DNA from: Antedon mediterranea | Taxonomy: Eukaryota; Animalia; Echinodermata | Reading direction: 5' to 3' | Assembly: GCF_964355755.1 (NCBI RefSeq) | Contig: NC_092675.1 | Location: 18,882,912 to 18,946,911, forward strand | DNA: 64,000 bases | Shown here: positions 12,501-24,410 of the stretch, in pieces | Position numbering within the stretch: position 1 is the first letter of the stretch | How the letters are laid out: each line of letters opens with the position of its first letter | Made by a program: the position numbers and the translations under genes | The notes under the pieces: generated by a model | What the model was told of the DNA's origin: nothing | The model's input: the letters and a program-made list of their open reading frames with translations, nothing else | Databases searched by the model: none

Positions 12501-15500
12501 GGGACCTAACTTGATTTGTTTGTACTGTAGCTATAGTAGGATACGAGCTTTAGTATTTTGTGACGTTTCTATGTTGTGCACTTTGTCAAAAGCATTCTTT
12601 TTTATTAAACGAAATTAAAAATGTTTAATTAACTTAAATGACAGCACTCAACATGAAGGGACCCTTAGGGGAGAAGAAAGTTATGGTATGTGTCATCCAC
12701 ACCTGTGTGCAATTCAGCACAGTAGGCTGCAAGTCGCAGGTTATTCCCCCATTTACTGTACATTTAGGTTAGACAAAAAACTGATCAACTCTAATACAGT
12801 TGATCATTAAATACTACAAAAACCACCACAGGTCATCTTAAACTACAGTTAAAAGGTTTTTAGAAAAGTTCAATAACACAATTTGAAAAAAATAAAACAC
12901 AGACAACCAAAAAAACATATCACCATGATATGCTCTTACAAATTATTCAAATGAATAGATTTCTTAGATATACTAGAGTAGAAGTAAGAATGTCTGGAGG
13001 CTATAATAATCTGTTTCCGTAGAATAGCAGTAGAATACATAAGACAAGAATGCAAAAAGATTATTAGAAAATAGTTAAAACTGGTAATATGTAGATCTCT
13101 TTGAAGAATGATGTGCATAATAAAATGACTTTGTAAAGTCAAAAACATGCTCAAATGCACAGCTCAAGACTAGGCCACAATAGTTAGAAAACAACTGCTA
13201 CAGGCTATAAAAATATTCCTTTGTGTACGCTTGTTGTCTTAAGCCTAGTCTACACTATCAAACTTCATGTGACCATAGCTCAAGACTAGGCCACAATAGT
13301 TAGAAAACAACTGCTACAGGCTATTAAAATATTCCTTTGTGTACGCTTGTTGTCTTAAGCCTTGTCTACACTATCAAACTTCATGTGACAAAAAAATGTG
13401 ATGTGCCAATATATGGACATGATGATGTCATACCAAATAAAATCTATGTTTGTTCCATATATAAAAAGTGTACATGGAAAAGTTGTTTTCCACGACAGAC
13501 CACTACCATATTTGGGCATATCCCTACCATATTTGATCACATCACACTTTTTTTGTCAAACTAGTTTGATAGTGTAGACAGAGCTTTTACACTCCTATTC
13601 AAGAGACGAGTTCTTGTGAAACAAACAAATTGCAATATATTTTTCAACAGTAGTCAACACTTATTGAGGGAACACCAAATTATGGAACACTGCTTGGTTT
13701 TTTTTTTTTTTTTTTCACCAACCAAATCTCCAAAACAATCTATTTTAAAATTAATTCTAATTCATAAAGCATGAATCTTGTGTCTTAAAAACTTTCTTTG
13801 CAGTAATTGCCTATATTTTATCAAATAAAAGTCTAAAAATATTTTAGATCTAAAATGATTATTGTAAAGTACTGTACAGCTCTATCAAATTATACTGGGC
13901 AGGCAGCCATTGGTAAACAGCAATTGGGCTTGGTTGATTTTACCAATCTGAACAAGAAGTATTCAGATTGGATAGGTGTTTTATTTTGTTAAGCCGATTT
14001 TTCCACCATGCGAAATTGTTCACATGTATTCGTGTTTCCATCTTCCAAATCTCTCTCTATGCATGTATATGCTGACGTTTTTAAATCGTGTGAACTAATT
14101 TGCCTGGTGCAAAATCAGCTTTAACTTTGCAACTCTTCAACTGCAAGCTTATTCAAAGAGATTCTTATTCAATAATTAATAAACATTATACAAACTTACA
14201 CCTGGTAGCTTGCATCTGCAATCTCCACATCTGACTGGTGAAGCTCGTTTCTTCTGATAAAGGTAGGTTAACTTACCCCCTGCAAACATAAAAAAAAAAA
14301 AATTAAAATCATTATCATCAAAAATTATTAAATTATACTATTTCAAGAATCTAGTGTAACTAGCAAGCGTAATAACATAAAGAACATATTTAAAAAATAA
14401 TTAGATTTTGCAGAGTAATGATATTTAAATGACTCCTCATAATAAACAAAACTTTATTGGTTACTATACAACATATTGACAGTTTGGATGTATTCTTGTG
14501 AAAATGTATACAAAACCGGAAACATAGACCCTCCCGATAAATGTTTAATTATATTTGTAAAAAAAAACACAATATCACGTAATAATATCCAACTGTTAAT
14601 TTAAAAATAGGTTTCAAAGTTTTTCATTATAATTGTTTATAATGAAATTTAATACACATTGAAATGGAATGTTAAATGTAAACTTTAATAATAAATAAAA
14701 TTATGACACGGAAAAGGTCTCAATGACAGAAAGCAATTAAGAAAGTTTGCGTCAAAAGGTTTCCTCTTGATTAGTCATACGAAAACAATCTTAAAAATCT
14801 GAAACACATAGAGGGCAGCAAACCACAACAACTTACCTGGTGTCTTTGAACTGTGACCGGAATAAATTGAAAAAGAAACAAAAAAAAAAGAATGTTAAAT
14901 TAGACAATCAAAGTATTCTATTGTTGTCATTGTCGACAAATAAATGCAATGAATTTACTTATTGATATATTCAAGTAATATCAATCTATGGCTTTTAACT
15001 TCTTTTTACCTTTCATGAACAATCTACAGTATTATTTTGCAAAAAAAAAATTGATTAATTAGATAAACCATTAAAGTTTACAATTATTATAATCTATAAT
15101 TATTAATATAACCTATGGCCTAGTTTTTTTTTTTATCATAGAAGCATGTCAATTATGTTGGGTTTTCTTTTTAATTAAAAAATGATTAATTTCAATCAAA
15201 TCTAAAAAGTACATTAAATCATGAATAATAATCTACATGAAGAATATTCTCACATCAAAATATATTTAATTTATTATAACTTTAGTGTAGCAGGTTCTCT
15301 TCTATTTCATATGTTTATTTCAAATGAAATAGATTGGTTTACCCCTTCAAGTTAATGTTCCTTTCTACACAGCAGATGAATATGAGAAAAACAACATTCA
15401 TCGCATTAAGTCAAGAAAGGGTAAATACTTTGTTATCACTAATTTATCAGTAAAAGTGTAACAACCAAAAATGATATATCTTTTCATTTAACTCCAATAG

Positions 15501-15643
15501 TTAATCCATCAAATTTTTTTCTTCTTAAACCATCTGGAGACCATCATCTTTAAAATAAACTGTTAGTGTAGTACTTACATTTTGACTAAGTTTGACTTAG
15601 TGTTGTAGGAGAGTCTTCTCCTGTAGGTCAGTCTTTGTACCAT
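9571..15643 (-). CDS. RPL34: 60S ribosomal protein L34 (eL34), first four coding exons; final exon unresolved
   Basis: GT-AG exons 15643-15579, 14850-14837, 14279-14200 and 9674-9571 splice in frame to [88 protein letters not shown], with the L34e N-terminus, both CxxC pairs and RAYGG. A probable non-coding exon 1 ends at the GTAAG donor near 16667. Confidence 0.95.
13161..13389. repeat. 116-bp tandem duplication including the left end of a MITE
   Basis: AGCTCAAGACTAGGCC...CTATCAAACTTCATGTGAC starts at 13161 and again at 13277. Confidence 0.9.
13358..13585. mobile_element. Harbinger/Tourist-like MITE (family A)
   Basis: TIR AGC(T/C)(C/T)TGTCTACACTATCAAACT; internal GTGATGTGCC..ATGGACATGATGATGTCATA..CACTACCATATTTGG; preceded by TTA; several other copies in the window. 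Confidence 0.85.
13992..14120. mobile_element. Harbinger-like MITE (family C)
   Basis: TTA|AGCCGATTTTTCCACCA ... TGGTGCAAAATCAGCT|TTA, with further imperfect internal symmetry. Confidence 0.65.
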
Positions 15644-16667
15644 GATATCCTACATTGTTAAAAATTAAGAATTTGACAGGCTATGCTATTAATTATACTA
15701 ATAGTAATACCTTTTTCACATCTGCAAAATGTAACAACTTCCTTGTAACCAGGTTTGCATAGTGTGAAGACAATTTTTTTGGAAAATCTCGGGGAAAAAA
15801 AACACAACAACCTGGGCCTGTGTTTTTGTTCCCAGATGTTCTTACTGCGTGCATTGTCCTGGTATTAACTGACCAATCATAGTAATCAAATAGCGCGCAA
15901 CTATCCTTTTCTCCTCCCCCGATTTCACAAGGTTCACGTACAGTATGCATGTGTGAAAACATGTAATAAGTTGTGAAATCAAACCTGTTTACAACTTGTG
16001 ACAATACATATAGATGTGAAAAGGGTATTAAAAAACACTATCCAGTAAATAAATAAAAAAGATTTAAAAAAACATGATTACTATAATGTATTTATAAATG
16101 TTTACCTTAACTTATCTTACCTTAATAACCTACCTTATTTTGTAAATCATATGAACTATTAATACACAAGGTAGGAACTAATTGTGTTGACAAATGAATA
16201 CAGTGACATGGAAATTACTGTTTGTATTCATGATATTACATAAAGAACATTTCGATTGCACAACAAATTGAAATTTAATAGATATGCCATGGCTTAATTA
16301 TGCAGGCAGTAATCATCATAAAATTGTGTGTAAACAATCATATCAAAACGATAAAACAATATCTAAATTCTGATAACAAATATTCGCCAGGCCAGTACAA
16401 CAAAGAGATTAAAAAGACTGAGGAAAATCAAAATAAGCGAAAAGCTAGGCTAGCTTAGCTAGGCCGGCTACGTACTCTTATCACCCCCAATAACACTATT
16501 CCCTGCCACCCAATAGCTCAACAGTGGAGTTGATTTAAATATCAAATTTTTATGTAAATCGTTATCGAAAACAACCAAATATCACACTGATTTATTATTA
16601 AACTATTATATTTAACTTATATACTCTTTAAGGGCAACTTTGACAATAGGAAAAACATGATTCTTAC

Positions 16668-17005
16668 GGATTTTCCTTCTTATTTAGAAGAAGTACGTAG
16701 CAAGCTTATCACAGACTTGCAGTAAAAGACTTGACGTTGAGTGTGCTGTTTTTAATTACATTTTAGATTTTTTTACAAATTGCGTCACCAGCAGTAGACC
16801 CAAGTTTTGTTGTTAAATTTCTTTTAGACGAAAAGATATAATCGAATGGTAAAACAAATTGTTCATATCAGATATTACATTCTTTTAAAATCATAAAATT
16901 TCATGCAATAATCATTTTTCGTTTAGAACACCAGATTTAAAACGCGTTAACAGTCCGACGGTCAACGCGAAGCGAACGACAGTTCTTTGCAGAGAGCAGA
17001 GCATA
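16668..17005. promoter_or_regulatory. Probable bidirectional promoter for RPL34 (-) and the lipase (+)
   Basis: CpG-richer patch between the divergent genes; minus-strand pyrimidine runs (TCTTTT about 16729-16724; CTTCTTCT about 16694-16687) resemble a TCT/5'TOP start upstream of the 16667 donor. TSS positions are inferred. Confidence 0.55.
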
Positions 17006-17537
17006 ATGGAAAGTGCAAGTGCGGGGCCTACTAAACAAAACAACGGCCTAAACAACCGACAGCCTAGGCCTAGACTCTCTCCGGCAATGATTTTCAATTA
17101 ATTTTAAAATAATATGAATACTAATATGGTTTATTTTGTTTTAATATGGTAAATACGTATTTTCATTATAGCAACAACAAAAAAATATATTAAACCATTT
17201 GGCTAGCTATATATAGCCTAGTTAGGGCTCTAGCCTAGACTAGTAGTAGTAGTACTGTACTAGTTAGTAGGCCCTAGCCTAGCTAGCTAGAGCTATAGGC
17301 TAGGCCTAGGCCTAGTATTAGCCTAGAAAAATAGTTAGACTAGGCTAGGCCTATGTAGGTCCGGCCCCAGGCCTAGGCCAAACTAGCCTAGTAGTAGTAG
17401 GCTACTACTAGGCCCGGGCCCAGACCAGCACAAGGAGGCAGAGGGGGCCTAGCTAGGCTATGCGCTGTGTTTGTTCTAGATAGAGGAGGCCTCTGCTGTT
17501 AGTGTTACTAACTATGTTGGTAGCCTACTAGAGGCGA

Positions 17538-18153
17538 ATACAGATTACTCCGGCCGTGCTTCAATCCGGCCGCAGCTATGGAACGCACAATGAGTCTTTT
17601 ACAACCGAGACACGTTTTTTGTAGAGAATCAAAATAAACATTAATTAGACGGATATTTGATTATTTGAAATAAATTAATTAATATTTTACATATTGTTAT
17701 TTAACTATAATTAGTAAGTATGGGTACTGGCAAGATAAAGTGTTATAGATAAAGTGTTATAAAAATAAGGTTCTTAACTAATTTTTAATGTTAATGTAAA
17801 GCCTTAAAATGTACATAGAAAGAAATTAAATATTGTTATTCAAGCATTAATTAGATGGGTATTTGATTATTTGAAAGGAAAAAGTTTAGTTTAGTTTAAA
17901 AGAAAAAGCAGTTCCAACTTCTTTGAATGTGATTGAAAAAAGTAAAATTGTTGCTAATAAATATTCAACTAGGCCTAGTTCTATTTAAATTCTTTTGGTC
18001 ACCAAGAATTTGTTGTAACACTGAACAGTATAGAAAACGTAGATATGGGCGCTCCATACTAACGGCCCCTTTACACAGGAAGTCGAATTGAATAGCGGCC
18101 GGAGTGCATAACATCGCGCTAAACTGATACGGCGGCCGGAGTGATCGGCTTCC
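17538..18153. mobile_element. MULE-like non-autonomous element in lipase intron 1
   Basis: Inverted ends GATTACTCCGGCCG / CGGCCGGAGTGATC with a second CCGGCCGC copy on each side; direct repeat CTAGAGGCGA at 17528-17537 and 18154-18163. Confidence 0.7.
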
Positions 18154-18397
18154 CTAGAGGCGACTAGGCAGTAGGCTAGTGTGTGTACTGTCTGTAGTTC
18201 ATTATTATATATTGTTGTCCTCCATGTTGATTATTAGGATCATAATAATTAAGCCCAGTGCCAGTGGCCCAGTTCCTGACAAATGTGGGAAAGCAAACTG
18301 CAGTAGATAGTATTAGGTGTAGTAGTACTTTTTTATTAGTACATTTTGGAAAATTTTTTTACAATAAATTATGTTTTTCACTTAGAAAAGGAAATGG

Positions 18398-21300
18398 ATG
18401 TTTCGGATTTTAGTGGCAATATGCATATCTACCTTACTGCTATGGTGGGCCAGCAGTACTATCTCAGTAGACCAGCACCGAGTATCTCCAAGTGAAGATT
18501 ATTCTCTACGAAGGCTTACGCAACAGCTTAATTCTTTGTCGTCATATCTACCGATTGATGATGTCACAAGAAAGTTTAAGAAAAGTTTGCAAAATATATC
18601 TTGCAATTTAAACTTTGATAAAGTAAAATATGATCCTGATGCAAAACTTAATGTTGTAAGTGCCTCTCTGTTAATTTAAGTGTGACACTGTACTAATATA
18701 TAAATAAACCCATCCATTCAAAAATTAAATTAACCCTCTTATCAACCTAATCTTTTTGTTGAAACTAACAGTTTGTCTAACTGTGTTTGTGTGGTTTTTT
18801 TTTTATGTTATATTATAGAGTGGTCTGATCTTAAGACAAGGGTATCAGGTTGAAGAGTACACCGTGCCAACTAAAGATGGATTTTTATTAGGATTACAAA
18901 GAATTCCACATGGAAGAAGTAATATAAATCTATCAGGTATACTTTCTCATAGGCAGACCCAACCCCTAAAGTTTTGTAATGTGAATGCGTTTTATATAGT
19001 TATATACTATAGGCCTAAATAATTAAATTTTAAACATGACAACTGAGACGGGGAAATCAATGAAAGCTGAACACACATCCCCTAACCACATGTTCTTGTA
19101 AAGTTATAAAGGTGGTGTTTTTGTATTAAGTTATTAATTTTTTGACAAAAAGAGATAATACTTCAAGTTCTATGTCTTGCCTCTAGCTCATACTCTCATG
19201 GCCATTAACAAAATCCACGTTTTGCAGTAATTTTTTTTTTTTTTAAATGACCCAAAAGATAATTTATGTTTTTTTACCTGCATTCTGTAGGATCTCAACA
19301 AGTGGTATTTCTGCAACATGGCCTTGGGGGAAGTGCAGCAAATTGGGTGGAGAATATGGCAAATGAAAGCTTAGGCTTCTTGTTAGCAGATGCTGGCTTT
19401 GATGTCTGGCTAGGAAATGTCCGAGGAACAACGTATAGCTTAAAACACAGAAGACTTAAGCAAACTGATAAAGAATTCTGGAATTGGAGGTACTGTTGAA
19501 TCTCCCTCCAGACTCTCAAATGAATAGACTTTTACCTAAGGTCCAAAAAGTCCCCAATTCCTTATAAACACATTCGAAATACCCAAATTTGATGTCCGTT
19601 ATTATTGAGAGAATTGACTTTATAATACTCATAAATGTAATGCTGTAATTTTACATTAAATACAGGATTTTCTTGTACAGTAGAAGAAGTTGTAGATAGT
19701 GCTACATTCAAACATAAACTACAGAACTTGATTCATAGCAAAATTAATTCATTCTATCCAAATATAATCCCACTCCAATATTTCTTAACACAAAGTATCA
19801 TTTCCCGCGTGATCGCAATCAAAACGGTACTGGGGTTGGTCTACGTTCGTTCCTGCTCCTAACTCGTCATCCATTCATAGAAACCTTGATAAAGTAAGCC
19901 TACCTGGTGGTGACCATAGAACAGTCCTGAGATAACGACTATACTTCGGCTTTAGTCGATAGAAGATTGAAATATTGTTAGAGATAGAGTGTACGATTTT
20001 TTATTATGTGTAGATGTGTGATTTGTTCTATTATTCAAATGATGTTCCGCTTAAAGAGATGAAGATAGTAGTTGGGTATAATGATTTTGTATATCAATTA
20101 ATTATCCTAGACTGGATTTTATGCAATAATTATTATTTTATATATATATTTTTTTTAATATTTATTGTTAAGATTATAATAATATTAATAAAAAGATATT
20201 TGTTAGTATAAATACAAAAATATAGATATAAAGAAGAAAAGCAAAGAAATAATGGAGCGGCTATTCCTGAATATACAATAATAAGTATTGTAAGTTTGAC
20301 AAGATCAAGGGCCTATAGCCTGCCACGTTTCGATATTCAATATTGAACTTGACTTCACGAATATAGAGTATTCATTTAATTTTACTTTTTTCCTCTTTTC
20401 AGTTGGGATGCTATGGCTTTGTATGACTTACCAGCAATGATAAACTATGTTTTAGATGTTAGCCACCAAAAGAATCTCTTCTATGTTGGACATTCACAAG
20501 GGACACTTATAGCGTTTGCTGCCCTCTCGCAAAACAAGGATTTAAACAAGAAAGTGAAAATGTTTTTTGCTTTGGCACCAGTGGCAGCAATGAGCAATAT
20601 CACTAGTCCAATTAGATACTTTGCTGATTATCATCTTGTAAAACCTTTTATGGTAAAGTTAAACTTTTATTTTACTTTTTACATTTTTAGTCAAACATTA
20701 ACGTAAAAAATCTGGCCGGTCCAGAAACAGCCAAAAATCTTATGATAAATTGCAGTATTAATTTGTAAAATGATATGATTAATTGTTGGTGATTAAACAC
20801 AATTATTAATTGATAGATGAAGGCTAGATCATCACTCAAACCAAAAAATTAAAGTGTTAATAAATATTACAGGCACTATTGTTTAATGTTTATTTTTTTA
20901 TTAATGAATATATTGAATATATTTAAATGTTTACTATTAACAATTAGTAATAATAAATTTTCCTCTAGTTTGATTATTGAAATTTATTATTAGCAAATTA
21001 TAATGTGTTTGCCTCAATAATCCAATAGTTTTCGTTTCAGCTTAAAAATTTCTTGTGTATTTTTTTTTATTGAAAACTTGTTACTTTTAATTTCAAACGG
21101 ATTTATGCGCATAAGTTCACATTTGTTATTGTAATCCTACTGGTTGTACTCTATCCTATGGTTTTCCATTAACTTCAATATATTTTTTTTTTGTAGGATG
21201 CTTTATCAATGCTGCATATTTACAGTTTTTTTCCTGATGTTAAACTTTCGCACACACTCACCACGTCAGTCTGTGCCAATGATAAATCTGCGATGCTATG

Positions 21301-22698
21301 CCACAGTGTGTATTTTATTATTGCTGGCTACGATTGCAAACACATGAACCACTCTCGTTTTCAAGTGTACTCTTCTAATAGCCCAAGTACTACATCATTG
21401 TATAATTTAAACCATTTGTCTCAGGTAAACTTGTTCAACTGTATTGTTTATATATACTATGTACAGTAACATTCTATTTCTTCTTCTGTTATGGTGTACC
21501 TTCAGCATACTCTCCATGCAGTTCAATAGGTGTATTAACAATACGCATTAAACACATGTCAATGGATGTTGTTGTAATCTATTATATTATTATTATACTA
21601 TTTTCCATAGTTCTACATACAGTAATAACACATATTATTGAACAAGGTTTTAGACTCTGGCAACTAAATCTCCTTTTAGATGCAGCTTTAAATTAATCTT
21701 AGGTAAAACTAATGTAGTTGCTTATTTTAATGTTTACGTACCATTATAACACTGCAACTAGTTAGTAGAACTATATTACAATTTTGCAATTGTTTTTGAT
21801 TGAAAAGGTCTGACTATATTTATTATTCTTTTAGTTAGTAAACCACTCTATAATATACAATGAGGCACATGTTTATGAACAGATATTTTGTAATTACAGA
21901 TGGTATTATCGGGAGAATTGTCCATGTATGACTATGGAATACTTGGTAACTTTTATCACTACAGACAGGTTTGTGAAATTGTTGGTTTTTACGTATTTGT
22001 TTTTAAGAAATCCATATTTTTAATTGTCATTGGTAATTTAATATTACATGTTGCAGTGTAAGTTTACAGTAAATTTTATAATATTGATCCTGTGGTATCA
22101 TGAATGGGTATATACAGTATGTACAGCCTTAGTAGAAGCAACAGGTTTAGTTATACTGTATTGCATAAGTTACTATATACCTCCTACTAGAGCCAGTGTA
22201 AGTGGCAATGACCACAATGAAATAAGTTTGCCGTCTCTGTACTTTATTGTGTTTTTATCCTATGATTTTATGTCAGAATAAAGAAATAAAATAATAAAAA
22301 AGCCTTATCATGGAACCCTATCACTACTAACTTCCACAACTATGACTTCTACTTTAGTATCATAGTATATTCCAGACAATTTTTTTTAAATGTCTAGTTT
22401 AAATTCAGATTATAATATAGTGTATTACTTTGATTATTCCTTCTTAATACTATTTGTATTTTGACAGACTAAACCACCAAACTATGACCTAGAAAATATT
22501 CAGACCCCTGTGGCACTATTTTGGGGAGGTAATGACATGCTGGCTGACCCTACCGATGTAAAGAAGCTGAGGTCAAAGCTCAAAAACATTGCATTTGATA
22601 GTTACATCAAGCAATACAACCACCTTGACTTTATCTGGTCTATGGATGCAGCTGATGTTGTGTACAAGGATATCTTAACAATAATGAAGAAGTATTAG
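18398..22698 (+). CDS. Acid lipase, lysosomal acid lipase/gastric lipase (LIPA/LIPF) family, about 450 aa
   Basis: Exons 18398-18655, 18819-18936, 19291-19489, 20403-20652, 21197-21424, 21900-21968 and 22468-22698, all GT-AG and in frame (1353 nt). Motifs: [42 protein letters not shown], catalytic GHSQG, NDMLAD and NHLDFIW; hydrophobic N-terminus. Confidence 0.95.
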
Positions 22699-24410
22699 AG
22701 GAGTATGATGGTACATTTTAATTCAAATTAATATAAAAATTATAATTCACCTTTATTTTATTTGCTATATTAATACAGCTGATTTAGATTTATACAGTAT
22801 ATTTATATTATGTTGTCTGAAAACAAATGTAATTAAAATGTATTTATGCAAACTAAAGCACTATTTGCCAAGGTTTTCCTTTTATAAACCGTCCATTCTT
22901 GTAAGATTATTCTAACTTTAAAACACAAGATTGTTTTAAACTTTATTATAGGTGTATGTGGTAAAAGGGAAAATACATAATATTTTATATTTATGTAACT
23001 GTTTTATACTTTTTACTCGACTCAATCTATGTCATATGTAACTTGTTAATATGTATATTTCGTTTCAAATATTAATTTTTAAATCGGCACCATTCCAACA
23101 TTTTATATGGATTTCATAATTATGTTTTTTCTTTAATTTGCAATATTGTACAAGGCATTTTTTTCCCAAGAGAAATTATTGAATTATAAGATCTAAATTT
23201 GAAAATATTGATTAATAACCTAATTAAAAACAATTTTCAACATACTGTTGTTTGTTGTACTTGTATTGTGTATCATGATTTATTTTATTTAATGATTGTA
23301 AAAAAACATGTACAGTAAAATAAATTGTCTTTCCTTTTCTATATGTGTTGCTGTTATTTTTGTGAACCTTTTGTTCAATTATAAAAAAATAATTAGATCC
23401 TCAAGCAATTTACCAAATTTAACATTTAATTAGGCTATTTTATAAAGATCATTGAACTATTGCCGCAAAAATTATGTAATAATTCAACAATTGCATCAGC
23501 CGAATGGTGGCGCTATTTAAACGTGATGTTAAAAAACGAAGCGAGCTCTCACATTTTTATGCTATTCATTTAATTTCTCCTGTTTTGTCTTTTAAACGTA
23601 TTTATTATAAAGAAAAACGTATGTAAATGACTTTACGTGTTAATGCTACATCGATAAAATGAATGTGTGTGTATGTAACTACTAGCTTAGTATTAAATCT
23701 TGCCCTGTTGTGCTAGGCCCCCTACTAGCTAGGGGGCTCTCTACCTTTTTGAATTTGAGTAGCAGCAGCAGGCAGTACTCTAGGGCCTACTACTACTACT
23801 AGGCTAGGCCTATGCACCAAAAACAAAACCGAGTAGGCCTACGAAATTAGATAGATAGGCTAGTTGGTACTGCTGATAGACTGAATATCAGTACTATTTT
23901 GCTTTGACCATGGAGGTAAAAAATAATTATACAAAAAATATAATTATTTTTATTGAAAGTATCTGACTAGGCCTAGGTAGGCCTAGCCTAGGCCTAATAT
24001 TAATAAATATAAATGCATATGATATTATTATTACTATAATATTATTACCTAACTAGAAATTATTATTAATCCCATTTTAACAACAAAAAAGGCCATATTT
24101 AAATATCAATCAGTCCTACCTAGACTAATCTGTTGTCTTATTCGTCAAAGGTGCCAGCACCACTAGAAAATAATAAATTACATGTAAAATACAGTTGTCC
24201 AGCCATTGTATCTCACGGTTGACCATACCGATAGTCATTTCCAAAATAGGCAATATGAATTAGAATGATACAGTACTAACTACAGTATATCAACAGTCTG
24301 ATAATGACAGTCGAGGAAGCCTATATTTGGCTGTCTTTATCAAAATGTAGTATAGTAATTGAGCTAAATAATTTTTTTTACAGCAACAACTGTAAACACG
24401 AGTAAGGAGC

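Noticed and set aside
12685-12810. Intronic H/ACA snoRNA on the RPL34 strand
   Set aside because: Two hairpins and an ACA are present, but there is no pseudouridylation pocket or properly placed H box.
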